Below the pieces are notes generated by a model, which did no database searches, had not been told where the DNA came from, and was given only the letters and a program-made list of their open reading frames with translations. DNA of 55,742 nucleotides, the filler included, from Sphacelaria rigidula (taxonomy: Eukaryota), in NCBI GenBank assembly GCA_964200075.2. It is 6 parts of 6 records of this genome, joined end to end, with 100 filler letters (N's around TTAATTAATTAA, not from the genome) between each part and the next. Parts side by side here need not be neighbours in the genome. Positions count along the whole stretch, not along the records: positions 9,310 to 18,518 come from CAXNAA020009042.1; positions 18,619 to 27,826 come from CAXNAA020009043.1; 4 more parts are not named here. The stretch is one strand, 5' to 3'. Below are positions 13,101-26,393 of the stretch, in pieces (positions within the stretch are counted from its first letter, which is position 1; each line of letters starts with the position of its first letter). The translations under genes were made by a program, and so were the position numbers.

Positions 13101-14433
13101 AGGGCAAACACGAGATGCCTGTCAGGCTGACGACCGATAAATGTACACATAGTGACTTGCGTCCTGGCCTTCCATCGTGGAGGAGTGTCCTGTAGTACAT
13201 TCGCTTGTTCGGGCAACGAGGAAGGTACGCATGCCCCTGCCCGTTTCACGCTTCAACGCAAGGATAGTCGCTGCAAAAGCTGTCGAAACGTCAACCCTGG
13301 AAGTCCATCTGTACCGAGCATATTTTTATCAAGTGAAATTGATGGCGATTCAACATATATGACCTCTTCTCGCCGTCCAAGGGTTAAGAACCCCGTCACC
13401 ATCACCATGAATCAGCACCACACGGTAGACGCCGGTCATCACCACCGGTCTCGAAAGCTTCATGCATTTCACAACAACAACCGCCACGAAGCATACCTGG
13501 TGCACTGAGGCCATTGCAAGCCAGATGTAGTCCACGTCCACGAGCGGATCCCATTGCTCAAGGCCGCCAACGTCTGTGCTCACCATCTCGCGGTCATGCC
13601 TATACCCCATCTCAAAATATGCGCCGACGCCGGGCCCGGCTGCCAAAGCAAGGCTATTAGCCTGTATTATCCCGATCAGATGGTCGCAGAGTTTGGTACG
13701 CCACAACAGCAAAAACAAAACCGAAAGCTGCAGCAACGTGTAACCGCCGCACCCTCCAAAAGGTGGGGCGCGACGGCAGACGCAAAATCGATCCGACAGT
13801 TTGACTCCCCCGATTCCCTGGTACAGGTACAGACTGTACGCGTTGCTACTGCACAGTGTCAGACAGTGGGGCCAGTTGTGTTATGCTGATGATCCCTCAC
13901 TGTTATACTGTATGCCATGCGCAAAAATTCATTGCGGTGGTTCCACGCGTGACCGGCTTTCTGTGTAACAAAATCTCCGTCTTCGTTCAAAATATTAAAA
14001 TATTAAATATATTGTTAATGGATCTTCAACCACCAAAGAAACCTTTGCACCTGTACTGGAGAAGGTGAACCAAAAATAATAAAGGTTGAACCGTTTCGTG
14101 ATGAAGAACCAATGATGAGACCGTTTTTTTGTTGTTATTGGTTGGGGTCTTTATTTGCACCGAGATAAATACTCGTACATCATCCAGTTCCTGTAAAATT
14201 CCACCCGATTTTTCCCCGGGTTGAGGGCGAGGGACAGGGAGACACGGAGGGATGGGCTGTATCGATAACACAATATGACCGGACCTTGATGAGTGTGACA
14301 GTTTTGGTGGACCCAAGTTGTGAAACGTTCCGATCGATAACTGCGTCCACTGTTGTTATACGGTCAATAGTGTGTGGTGTGTGGTATATAGTAGTTTGTC
14401 GTCGGTCAATAGTGTGTGTTATACGGTCAATAG

Positions 14434-14496
<63 letters not shown>

Positions 14497-14896
14497 CTTC
14501 ACATTAAAAAAACGTTCCGAGATCTGCGCGGTACATTCGTACTGGGCATCTGATACGGACGCCTCCAGTGGTCACAGCCTCGCAAAAAACACAAAATAAC
14601 AAAATAGACCCAGATTCAAAACCCACAAAACGCGATACAAGCTAAACAGGAATAAATAATAAAGAAGAAAGGCAGTACATATGGCTAATCTCAGAAGATC
14701 CGGTGCCGCAGGTGGCCATTCGGACTTCAGGGGGTGGCACTCGGTTTTCCAACTCGACGCGCGACAAGTAGAATCACAGGGTCTGACTACGGGCGAGACT
14801 CAAGGCCCCAAATACCGCCACACAGAGAACTAAAGAACTAAGAATCGCAGCGTTCCATCTTGGGGCCTCTCGAGGGGCAGCCATACGTAAAAGCAT
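10141..14896 (-). pseudogene. Multi-exon pseudogene, possibly for a signal-anchor (type II membrane or secreted) protein
   Basis: N-terminal hydrophobic segment AAILSSLVLCVAVFGALSL followed by an in-frame TGA (14774). AG/GT-bounded exons at 14179-14256 and 13497-13661. The exon starting at 13308 has two TGAs (13291, 13246). A phase-compatible chain of short exons between about 12070 and 10141 ends ...GSIRLESADRICYSKCKAC...RSSCC*. The frame of the middle exons is ambiguous. Confidence 0.45.
14434..14496. repeat. (GTT)n microsatellite
   Basis: About 21 uninterrupted GTT units. Confidence 0.95.
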
Positions 14897-15578
14897 ACCA
14901 GGTGTATCAAGACAAGAACTGCATGACATAACGACACCCCTCATCGGGGGGGTTGACCCCCCACCCCCCACTTCTCTGGACCGTCGTCATTGCCGTGCTA
15001 TATATTTAGGCTTCGTTGGTAGTGCATACAACATAATATTTGTATTATACACTCGGTTCGTACAGGATAGGACCTGCAGTAGATGGATGCGACTGCCTCG
15101 AACGGATGGGAGGGGTTTTGGAGTGATCAGGTTCAGCAGTCCCTCTTATGTACCACGCATATACCGTACAGCAGTAGTAGCGCATGCAGTGTATATGCGA
15201 GTAGTTTGTAGTCGAACAAGGATCCAAAGCAACTTTTACTTGTACTACTATATACCGGAACTACTATCCCGAGCAGCTACTATCCCGAGCAGCGTCCGAT
15301 TAAATTCATGGAAATTACATCAGTAGTCTACGCACGAAAATATCGCTTCGTATGCAGTGCGTGTACCTCTGCCGCGTGCGTGTATCATGCGGACCTCCCG
15401 CAGTAGGGAAATGATCACCAGATTGGTGCGAAAATCCTCTGAGAACGTACCGGGCGGGGATACCAGCGCCGAGTGGAGCACCTACAGATCTATGGAGCGG
15501 CATACCATCATCATTACCAGCGCAGAATTGTGTCCGTTAATTTCTGAAGTCCTACCCTTTGTCCGGCCTGTGCCTGCA

Positions 15579-15862
15579 CACGCGGCCATTTGGCTACCTC
15601 CAAACTTCCTCCAGGTGGGTACACTTTTCGAGGTTCCAGAGAAATTGAACGCCTCCGGAGGGATGCGCGGCCCTCCAGAGGAGATTTTTTCGTTTCCTCC
15701 AGAGGGGTTGAACGCCTCCGGAGGCATATTACTGCTCCTGGAGGGCCGCGCATACCCCCAAATTCCTTCGGAGGGGTGGAAGGCCTCCGGAGGATTGTTT
15801 TCCCCCTGGAGGGCCGCGCATCCCTCCGGAGGCATTTGGGGGTGTAGCCAAATGGCCGCGTG
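15579..15862. mobile_element. MITE with CACGCGGCCATTTGGCTAC TIRs and internal GCCTCCGGAGG subrepeats, copy 1
   Basis: Perfect 19-bp terminal inverted repeats; the body is made of reiterated GAGGGCCGCGCA and CCTCCGGAGG motifs. Confidence 0.8.
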
Positions 15863-16301
15863 TATGGGTTACAATCTTTCGTCTTGTGACCTCTTCCGCG
15901 CCGCAATCTGATATTCGTGCCAATGTTCAATGTTCTTTGAACGAATGGCTACAATTAAGTTAAGGGTAGTATTTATAATACCACGATATTATTGCGAACG
16001 ATTGCGAAGTTACCCAGTACTGGATAGGTACGCGATTTAATGCAATAAACATGGGGTATCAGATGAGGCAGGTGTTGCTTTAGTAGGAGGAGGATTTGGT
16101 TGCAGTACATACAGTAGTTTGAGGAGAGTTCCGCAGCGAGTCGCGGGGCATTTGGTGGTCGCCCGCGCGAGAAGTACACAGGTGCCCAAGGGGAACTTGA
16201 GGATACTTTGATGTGCAACACGGCATTGCTGGGATAAGCAAGAGTACACACTCGTCCCATGTTTCGGCTGTACAATGTGCCCACAATGTACCAAGCTCAC
16301 A

Positions 16302-16630
16302 CACGCGGCCATTTGGCTACACCCCAAAATGCCTTCGGAGGGATGCGTGGTCCTCCAGGGGGAAATCAAGCCTCCGGAGGGCTTCAATCCCTCTGAAGGG
16401 AACCAAACTCTACCGACCCGGAGGGCCGCGCACCCCTCCGGAGGAATTTGGGGGTATGCGTGGTCCTCCAGAAGCAAAAATAAGCCTCCAGAGGCGTTTA
16501 ATCCCTCTGGAGGAAACCAAAAAATCTCCTCTCGAGGGCCGCGCATTCCTCCGAGGGCGTTTAATTCCTCTGGAGGCTCGAAAAAATTATCCACCTGGAG
16601 GAAATTTGGAGGTAGCCAAATGGCCGCGTG
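16302..16630. mobile_element. Same MITE family, copy 2, opposite orientation
   Basis: Same 19-bp TIRs; the body is the reverse complement of 15579-15862 with one extra subrepeat. Confidence 0.8.
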
Positions 16631-17012
16631 AGCATTGTGCATTATTACTGTACGAGTAGTAGGGAGGGGGTCTCACGACACTAATTTGAAATCTGGTTCA
16701 TCTTACTATAGTACTATTATATCATATCTATCCTCCCCCGCCGCCCCTTTTGTCTCACTTTGAACCCCTCCCCTTCCTCAGGACGAGTCCGTGGTCTCAC
16801 AGCATCAACGCATCTCTCCCCAATACCCCTTACTGAAACATTATCCTGTAACCATTATCTTGTAACCAACATCCTGTTAAAAGGCGCAAAGGTGTGTTTC
16901 GATCCACCTCGTGTCTTCTTGCACGAAGGAGAAACATTGAAGCGTCCATGCACGAAGAAACTTTATTTCTAATTGTCCCTGTTTCAATAAAAAACAATTC
17001 CATGACTCTCCG

Positions 17013-17938
17013 GTCGCCCCGGTGGCTCAATTGATACCCTGGAAACCCTCTGACGGGTGGGACGTGGATTCCAACCTCGGTGAAGTCACACGATGTAGAA
17101 TTTTATCTCATATTCGTTATGCCCAAGAGTTGAAATCGACCATGTCGTGGAAACACAAAGTTCGACTTCACGATCGACGAGGGAAGGGGACCGCCGAACC
17201 CTTCTCGCGATGAAAAGGGAGGCAAGGACCGCAGAAGGAAATGAGTAAACTGCTACTCGTACAATAAAACAAGACAGAAGATGAAAAGGTCCCGTGGTGA
17301 CCTTCCTCCTGTACTCGTATGGTCCCGACTGATGCACCAGCATATATATGTGCGTGTTGTGTGTGTGTGTTGTCGTCCCATCTATTCTGGACGCCGGTCT
17401 ACACCTTTCGGTATGAGCAATGCTACGGTAGGGGTGCACTTTTTTCGCGATATTATGTCTAGTTCAGGGTCTCCAAACGATTCAAGATGCACAAAAATAT
17501 GGGTCAGGACATCCCCATGTGCAAATTCATTCGGGATATCCTCCTCAGCACATTGGAGTAGTAGTCCTGGCGTACTTTCACATATTTTCATGAGTCGCAT
17601 TTTGCTTGAGATGAAGGGCTTCTAACAATTATAACCTCAGAAAATATTTGTGCACCCCTACCATAGCATCACTCACTCGTATAAGTGGGCGCATCAGCCG
17701 GGGTCACACAGGAGAAAGGTCAACACAGGAGCTTTTTCTTTTTTATTTGTGTTTAGTACCCCNNNNNNNNNNTTTATCGCGAGAGGGGCCCAGCAGTCCC
17801 TTTCCCTCGTCAACCGTGAAGTCGAATTTTGTGTACCCACGACATAGTCGCTCTCCACTGTTGGGCATGAAAAAAAATCCCAGATCACTCCAGGAATAAT
17901 TGAACCCACGACCCATCCGTCGGAGCCACTGGGGCGAC
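17013..17938. mobile_element. Two SINE family 1 copies, tail to tail (17013-17348 plus; 17350-17938 minus, interrupted by a MITE)
   Basis: Both start GTCGCCCC(G/A)GTGGCTC and share the body motifs ATGTCGTGG, TTCGACTTCACG, GAGGGAA and TGACCTT.CTCCTGT. Confidence 0.75.
17414..17679. mobile_element. About 265-bp MITE, copy 2, inserted at a TA inside a SINE
   Basis: TIRs ATGCTACGGTAGGGGTGCAC / GTGCACCCCTACCATAGCAT, with TA on both flanks (17412-17413, 17680-17681). It interrupts the minus-strand SINE copy. Confidence 0.75.
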
Positions 17939-18927
17939 CGTTATACAGACTATACAGATAGCGACAGATGTTAAGAAACTCTTATTTGGAGCGAGGCTCG
18001 GGTTCTTATTTCCTCTCCGATTGTTGCAGAAATGCTTAATTAAATCCAAATTCTGATCATTCGAAGAGGTGCAAAACGCCAAATGCTTAATTTTTAATTT
18101 CTAATTTTTGTACAGGCATCCAATACGGCATTTGTTTTCCCTGAGCGCTTGTCAAGAATCATGTTTGACACATTGCATCCATCATGCATACTGTGTTTCA
18201 CCAGATTTTCATTATATGACGAAGCTCTCTAGGACAGCAGGGGTGAAAGTTCATGTTGCCCACCTCCGACGACTACAAAACTGGTGAAGCACTGTTGTAC
18301 TACTACTGTAGCCAGAAGAGCCACTCAATCGACATGGTCTATATTACGCACGTTCGGCATTAATACCCTCCCCCTGCTACTGACTGCCGGTTTTTTCGGG
18401 CCTGTTTCTGGATCTCCGCGCTGGCTGTTCTACCCGCCCCTTCCGACCGTTGAGAGAGGGGATAGGAATGAAAAAATTGTTGCATGGTCCAATGGACGCT
18501 GCGAAAAATATGAAATTGNNNNNNNNNNNNNNNNNNNNNNNNNNNNNNNNNNNNNNNNNNNNTTAATTAATTAANNNNNNNNNNNNNNNNNNNNNNNNNN
18601 NNNNNNNNNNNNNNNNNNAAATGTATAAAAGAGCATGGGCCTGCAAACTTCAAATCCGCCTCTAGGCTGGCCCAGCTCGTAGCTCCCCCGAGTTCGACGG
18701 GGAGAGAAAGGAGAGAAAAAAAAACGAACTCTGACTGCAAATAAGTGAAGAGGGACACAAAAAGGATCGAAGTGCCCTCGTTTGCAGAGGATACTGAGGG
18801 ACAGGTGCAAGTGGAGTGAAACGATCCCGGTTGGAATCTCACTTCCGTTGGGAGCTGATGAGATCACGGAGGGGATTCTGCTGGGAGCTGACTAACGTAC
18901 GCACGGGTAAGATGCGCCCCACCTCAC

Positions 18928-19072
18928 CAATAATCCAGAGGCACGGACGGGATCGCCGCAAAAGCACACAACACATAATTTTCAAGTTCCGTTGTTGGTG
19001 GAAGAGCCATGAGAAGGCACTCATCATTGACAAACGCGTTGGAGGTGTTACAGGCATCTCCAGGTTCGAACC
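18928..19072 (-). other. Possible orphan exon
   Basis: TTTCAG acceptor and GTGAGG donor around the open frame FEPGDACNTSNAFVNDECLLMALPPTTELENYVLCAFAAIPSVPLDY. No convincing partner exons were found. Confidence 0.3.
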
Positions 19073-20443
19073 CTGAAATATATCACGTCGATCGGGGGTC
19101 CATGACATTGGAATGACTTTCCAGTTTTTGCTCAAGTTTTTCCTCGCAATGCATTGATGTAGACCTTCACGACAGTCATGCTGATCATGCACTGTAGTAA
19201 CACCGCCATCACAGTGTGGGGCGGGCACATGATGACTAAATTGTCACGAATGGGTCGCAGCAGAACTCCGCTCAGATCATGAATAGATGACCTGACACCC
19301 CTCAACACTCCATTTTGACATACGCAGTATCGCAGGACACAACAGTCATCACGGCAAAAAAAGTCACCGAGCGACGGCGCCCCTCGAGAACCGAAAGGAT
19401 GTCATCACCATTCCCCCGCAAGTTGGGACAAGAGACAAGCTTCATCACGTTGTTAAAAACTTACAGTGGGATCCACTGAGCGCAAGGAGCGCTACTGCGT
19501 TCCGTTACCTACCGTGTAGACTTCACGTCTCGCGGCCTTCATATCAAGCTTGAATCAGGTGGCAAAAGCCTCAAGTGGGCACAACCAACACACACAAAAC
19601 TGCACGCCAACGAGATTGCACCCGAACAGCACGAGCAATACCTCACACATATTTCCTCCTGCTTGACCACGAAGGGGCCCCTCCGTATATATATATGGAT
19701 AAATATATATTTGATTCGGAGGTAGAACGGCGAGGCTCGGGCCTCGAGAGGGAAGGATTGTGCAAAGCCCAAGTGGTCAAACATCCCCCTCTACCCCCGT
19801 GGGTTTACACCACAACGTGCACGAACGGTGTTTCACAGAAACACATGACACGCCTACACCTACAAAATTATGTCAGACGAATACGAACCTGGAGTGGAGG
19901 TCAGCTGGTATACCGCGCTGATATATCACATCAGAGGGTAGCGCATGAACGATCCATCCTACCGCGGGAACTGTGACCTACATGGTGATACGAAAGGGGC
20001 GTATACAAGGAAAACCTCACAGTTTCGAGACTAATATTGGAAAGAACCAAGAAAAACTGATGATAATTTTCCACCGATACAACAGTTCGACGCTGTTGTC
20101 CACAACCCGCAAGTGATCCCCCCCGGGTATCAGAACGATATTAGTCCACCTCTTCCACCTCCCAATGCAAATGAGCACCTCGCTCGAGCCACCTTCACCG
20201 ATTTTCGCACGCTCAAGCTCGCCCTATTGCAAGAAAAAGACCGTCATCCTACAACCCCAAAACCGTCCAGTTTCAAGAAGTTCAACACCTCCATCCGCCT
20301 GTTGTCCCCCACGGACTCCTTCTCACAACCCCTGCACCCCACGCCTTTCCTCACTGCAAAAAAATCAAAATTACATATAATTTGTTGTATGTTCACTGCA
20401 CTATTATAAGGGGTATCACAGTCTTCGCTTTCTCGAAACATGG

Positions 20444-20692
20444 CTATGGTGCCGTCGCCTCCTTGAGGTAGGCGATGAGATCCTTCCGCTCCGCCGGCTT
20501 CTTGAGCCCCGCGAAAACCATCTTGGTACCCTTGATGTACTTCTTCGGAGCCAGCAGGTATTCGAACAGTGTGTCCTCTCCCCACAATACACCCGAATTC
20601 TTGTTAGCGGCGGAGTACGAGTAGCCTTCGCCAGTCCCTGCCGTTCGGCCGAATAGCCCGTTGAGGTTTGGCCCCTGCTTGTGGGGCCCGTT
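20444..20692 (-). CDS. CYC1: Cytochrome c, exon 2
   Basis: After a CAG acceptor (20695-20693) the frame reads [82 protein letters not shown]. It has the GPNL motif and the GTKM axial Met. It joins exon 1 in phase 0 to give 104 aa. The intron is 20693-26393 (5701 bp). Confidence 0.96.
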   Translation of the reverse strand, partial: NGPHKQGPNLNGLFGRTAGTGEGYSYSAANKNSGVLWGEDTLFEYLLAPKKYIKGTKMVFAGLKKPAERKDLIAYLKEATAP

Positions 20693-22540
20693 CTGTACAG
20701 TGTGTTCGAAGGTGGGGAGAAGGAATCAAGTGGTCAGTAACTATACAGCGGTGGGTGGGAGACCGGTGGCGAGAATATCGCGTGAAGTACAGTATTTACA
20801 TGCGGGGCAACGTCAGGTTCCTTCAATTCCTGTAGCCTTTATACTGGATGTCTCCGATATGGTACCAACCAATGGTGTCAAACTTGTTTGCATCGCGGAA
20901 ACGCCCGCCAGTACCGTGACTGATGAACCGCCAAGATTGTTCGAGTCGGCATCCATCCGACACGAGGCCGCATGCAATTTCTCGTCTACGCCTCAAGTAC
21001 TGTGAGTGCGGTCGGTCACTTGTGGTCGTGTCACCACCACAATGCTCGACAGGGTCTTAGGTGCCAACTGGAGTACGTCAAGTGCGATCGATAGCCACCA
21101 CCTTCAGCCATACAGTCAAATACTCAACGACATGGAGAATATTGTTTAATGTTGTGTCCCACAAGGGTGTTCCTCTGAAAGAAGGGAATACTCAGTCAAA
21201 TGACGGCGCCGAGTTCGTGTCGGCAAAGGGAAGCTCAGATCTCGAAAAGAGAATGCGTTAGCGCGCGAATCACACTGCACCGCCACCATGAGAATTGTGG
21301 GAGTAGTTGAGCGGCGAATGTTACGCACTGAAAGCACTTTTGCAATAATGCATTTGTTTACAACTGTGGAGAGGACCGTGACAGATCGCCCGTTACACAC
21401 GTGTGAAAAACGTGCCGAGGGCAGTGCTGCCGCCACCAACAGTACACTCCACGATTTGACGGCATCTTGGAGGACCACTATACACTAATGTTGGCGCCGA
21501 TGCGGATTTTCGCAGCTCCCGAAGCGTTGGGTACATTCAGCTGAAAACAGCTGTCTGCAAGTAGATGAGCAGGGGCGGACCTTCATCCCGTCTACTCAAA
21601 ATCCTCACGCGATGACCCATGCGTGCACTGGAGCCATCGTTGCTCATACGCTGAAAAACGTCGCACACGCACAGCGCGGAGACCAAACCGCGACGTGTTC
21701 AGCTACTTCTTTGCAAGTTCAGCACATTCCAACGTGCAAACAGTTTTACCCTCGTGCTTTGCTGCTCCATCATTCGATATACGGCTGAAAACGTGGTGTG
21801 CGTTAAACTGTATTTGTGGGTGGTGAAATTAGCCTATTGGCTTGCGTCGCTATCGAGATTTCCATCACGTTCAGTATTGTCCTGGGTAGGTATCTTGTAC
21901 ATAACTACCCCACTCGAAACATACGCCTCGATGCTGGAAATCGGCGAATGTAACCGCAGGTTCATGAAAAAACCCGCAAGTTTCATCCTATCTATTTTCG
22001 GGTGCAGGGTACGCATCGAGTGGTGTACATCTGATGAGGCAAGCAGTATGTGTTGCTTTCGAGAGCTTTCAACGGGATGCGGCGACCGGCGGGGCGCCCG
22101 CCACTTGTAGCTCTACATGATACTATTGTTCTCATCACCTTGCCACACAGCCCTTTGTGGTCGGGGTGGGCCACCATTTCCCCCTTTTCTACATGCGGCA
22201 ATTTCTCATCGAAGGGTCTATTGCGGCGCGCATGCAAACAACTGTACGCCTCTCCTACTACAAACTCCTTGCAAGTTCTTCGCAATTCTCAGCTACCGAG
22301 ATCAACTGCCTGTATACCGCTTTTTCATCCCCGCACCACATGCATACTGCAAGTCATCTGCAAAGGGACATGCGAATTCATGACGGTAGCTCCTTTCGTC
22401 CTTCAACGTCCGACCTGGGTCTAGTGTCTATTAAAAATGATCACCTTGTAGCATGTATACTGCTTCCCGGCTTTTCCGGTCGACTCTGTGTTTCAACAAT
22501 TACAAGCTGGGCCGACGAAAACGCCAGAATTTAACCAATA

Positions 22541-22815
22541 TCGCTGTGCCCCGCTCAGTTTTCGGAGTTCGGGTCTGAAATTTGGACACGTGATTCAGAG
22601 CCGTTTGCTGAACAAATTACTTGGAGGTCGCAAAAAAAAAGTTTTCTTCTATACTTTTGTCAATAATGTGATCTTGAACTTCCTTAGTTCGACCGAAAGT
22701 CGGCAAGATTATTATTATTTTTTTGCGGCCTCCAAGTTTTATTTTCATCACACTACTCTCAATCGCGTGGCAAAATTTCAGGTTCCAAATCCCAAAAGTG
22801 AGAGGGGCACGGCGA
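22541..22815. mobile_element. Foldback MITE in the cytochrome c intron
   Basis: TCGCTGTGCCCCGCTCA...ACTTGGAGGTCGCAAAAAA is mirrored by TTTTTTGCGGCCTCCAAGT...TGAGAGGGGCACGGCGA. Confidence 0.65.
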
Positions 22816-25800
22816 ATCTTGCGATGGACGCTTCCCCTCAGGAATTCCATGGAAAACCTGCAAGTGTTTGCATAAAAATCAGCGAGAAAGTCTCGAATTA
22901 TGTTGCCTTTTGTGAGTGCTCCTTACGGTGGATGGTGATTGCAAGGAAGTACAGTTAGGACAGCTACAGGGGGAGTGTTCTTCACCCACTGCATGATATC
23001 TGGCGTGTGCAGGGTCAGCAGAGAGCTCTTGCAGGGAAGAAACTGCTGCACTGCTGAGCTGTCGTCTGCTGTAACACTTGATTGCACCACGTTTTTTGAA
23101 AATTTAACGAAAATGATCGTTTCGCGCCTCAATTACGCCGCACCATAGCGGGCTGTGATTGGTCAGAAATACTTCAAGTGCAGAACGTGCTCTCTGCGGG
23201 ATCTGGAGGGTTTGAGCTTCAGCGATGAGTTCACAAATTGCAGCAATGTTTCCGGTTTGAGCTACAACCTAGAGGAAGTAGAGATATGGCGATCTGACAC
23301 ATTGTGAGCTTTCCGGTCGGCCCAGCTTGTACGTTTCAGTGTGAACTTATGACCCAAAAACCCATCTGAAAACTCGGGAACGCTGTTGAGTCCAAGTGAT
23401 ATCATATGATCAAGTTCCGACCGCCCTGCGCTTGGAAACCTGGGAAGGCTTATTGAACCCTTAGAGCACGAGATAGGTCTTTCTGGATCATGCACACTGT
23501 TTTTCACTTGACATAGATGCCGATCCAACAGAAGACGAACCTCGCGGCCCCCAAACGATTTTTGCAGTGGCATCACACTCGCCAGCAATCCCCGCGATTG
23601 TCGTTTGGGTCTAGTCGACAAATTTCGCCTCGACGTGATTGGGCAGGTTGCTCAAGAAATTCTTCAATTATTTCACAATTACAGAGTCGACCGTGTGTTG
23701 GTGGGGGTCGGTCCCAAAAGGATTGAAATTGTTATTTTTTCCCGCAACGAGCAGTGACTCGAGTGTTCGCCCTATTTATTCCTACGGCCAACGGGCAGCC
23801 CAACGAGTGCGAGTACCACGTCTCACTCGTACTCGTCCGATATGTGTAGCATTTTTATATTGTGGTTACCCGGGTCCACCGCACGCCAAAAAAAAATCAG
23901 ACACTCATTCAGTCATCCTACATGATTACCACGATAATACTTCCCCCGCGGGGTGGGAGGGATGGGGAACGAAATCGCCTGCTGCGCTGCTTGACGGCAT
24001 TGCTGGATAAAAGCTGTGCTGTACTGGTGTTTTACTATATTCTCATGTACCTTCCTTCTTTACTCCCTCTTTCGTATTTTCCCACATATTTTCTCGACCA
24101 CGCTCAGTCCGATTCCTGCTTCTCTGTAATCTGCTGCACTGTGTAACGATTTGTACCGATACACAGACCGCAGATCCCGCTACGCTCCGATCCTTCACGT
24201 TATGGCAGTCATCAAAGTCGATTTTCTTAATATCGGGGAAAAAAAATCGGGGGACGCATTTCACTAACCCCGATTTCAACCAAAATCGTTCCGAGATCAT
24301 GACTCCCCTCAGTTCTCCATGAGGTGACGTACCTGCATTGACGTGAAGTGGGAGGGTACGAGGCATTTGATATTTTTGCAACCGCAGCAGAAGACAGCCT
24401 CGTGACGGGGCGTATGCCTGCCGGCGCCAGCTGCTGAAGCAGCTTCGCACGGAGTTTGTGAAGCGGAGAAAAGTGTTGACGCCGTACCCTACGGCGGTGA
24501 TGTTTGATACTGCATTGCGCTGCCGTTCGCATCACTGTAACGAGCGCTACTGCACTCTCCCGGTGTGTTGTCGCTGTACTTGCAGGGTGATGTATGGCAC
24601 TGCACGAACTCTTCTTGCGCACTGTTAATTTCCCGTGCTCGCAGTACCAACCGTGCCATCATGTGCCACCATGCGGCATCATCATCTGTGGGTGGTCCAA
24701 GGATTGACTGGAACTTTTTGAAAACATAGAGTATACCGATACATGTACTGCCAACCCAGAGAACAGGTCATTGCAAGGCATGGAGAGGTTTCGGGCGTTC
24801 CGCGGTTACGCAGCCGATCGGCTGCAATCGCAAGAACCACGGATTGTCGGTGGAACTTCATGGTTGCTCCCTGTAGGACAAAACCATTCGCTTGTTCAGG
24901 GCCATATCTTGCTTTTGCTTTCAATTCGAGGGGGAACAGAACTCTACAATGCTCTTGCTTCTCATGACGGTTTGTCGGAAAGGATGGCAGGTCAGCGATC
25001 ATGAGATGACAGTTTGAAAAATATACGTGGGTATGACGACAGTACAGCGGAGACAGCCCCTGCTTGAGGCATCTCGGGTTGTTCGAGGCGTCTCGCGGCT
25101 ACGCAGCCTCTCGGCCGGAAACGAAACACTTGGGATCGTTAGTGGGACTCCAGTGCAGGTAACCGTACGGCACACCCATGTTTCGCGCTTACGGTTCCAC
25201 GTAGCTGCAATGCGGAAGAAGACGAAACTGTACAATGCTCTCGCTCCCGCCTGGAGGAGATGGGGAAGAGCTCAACGCTTGTGTTGTACCGTTACTTCGT
25301 ATAGTCAGTCATCCTGATCAGTCATGTCATGGGATTACAACCGAATGTCGCCAGATGAAAACAGCACGAGATACACTGGCAGGGAACACCCGCTGCGAAT
25401 AACACAAAAGAGGCTTGTCTTCCCGGGTCGATCAACCGCTACACGCAGTTCCAGCTAGTGAACGAAGGCAAAGAATGCGTCGGCGAAAATAACGGATGCT
25501 CTGGTTTTGCGCAACGTTGCAGAAAAACACTCGAACAACCAACAGGCGCGGACGAACGTCAGTCAGCAAAGACATAAATCCGCTCAGGCCGAAATCATCA
25601 CGAGGGGATACTTCGAGCAACGAGCCGCCGGTTGTCGTGGCCATGGTGTCGGGGGACAGTTGAATGTGATACACCATGTGGGGTTATGTGTCATATGCCC
25701 CCATCACCTCCAGAGTCCATGTCTATTCGAATCGTGTTCCAACCCTGACGCGCAGCATACTTGCAACTGAGCGGACGACAGATGCACGGCACGAGTGGTG

Positions 25801-26393
25801 GACAATTACTCCAACTCGAGGAGGCGAGGTGGGGTTTCATCTGGCGCATTTAGACGTGCCTCTTGGAGGGATATCGCGAGCAAAGTCTCATTCGAGGTCA
25901 ATCCCAAGGCTCGACAAAACGCAGTCGCGACTGTAGTCTGTCATTAACCTGACGCATTTTCCGTGTTATTATGCTGCGATATCAGGGCGTGTAATTGTGT
26001 TCGTGATATGCCGACCGTGCGGTCCGTGCTACGGCCTACTGATATAGAACGAAGTAATCCAATATTTTGAGAGCCCTACACCCCTTCCCACGCAAACACA
26101 CCGCATTTCTGCGCTGAGAGAGGGTTTTGGGATACAAGCGGGAGGCATGGTGTGTACTGTTTGCGGTGGCAACGGCACTAGGGAGGTGGAGCAGAATACA
26201 GTGGTCATGGCGCGCACGTGCTACAACAAGTTTGTGTATGGTGTGTGCAAATACATCACAGCAGGACAAAGCAGTTGTCGACACGCCAGGCTGTACGATT
26301 GCGTTGCCAGTCTTTCCCACGAAAAAACAGTGGAGAGAACAGAAGGTCCACGAGCTGATGGCAGCCCCGAGAAATATTTCCTTCGAAACATAC

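Noticed and set aside
15357-16659. Multiple 100-200 aa overlapping ORFs on both strands
   Set aside because: They arise from GC-rich palindromic MITE subrepeats and show no protein motifs.
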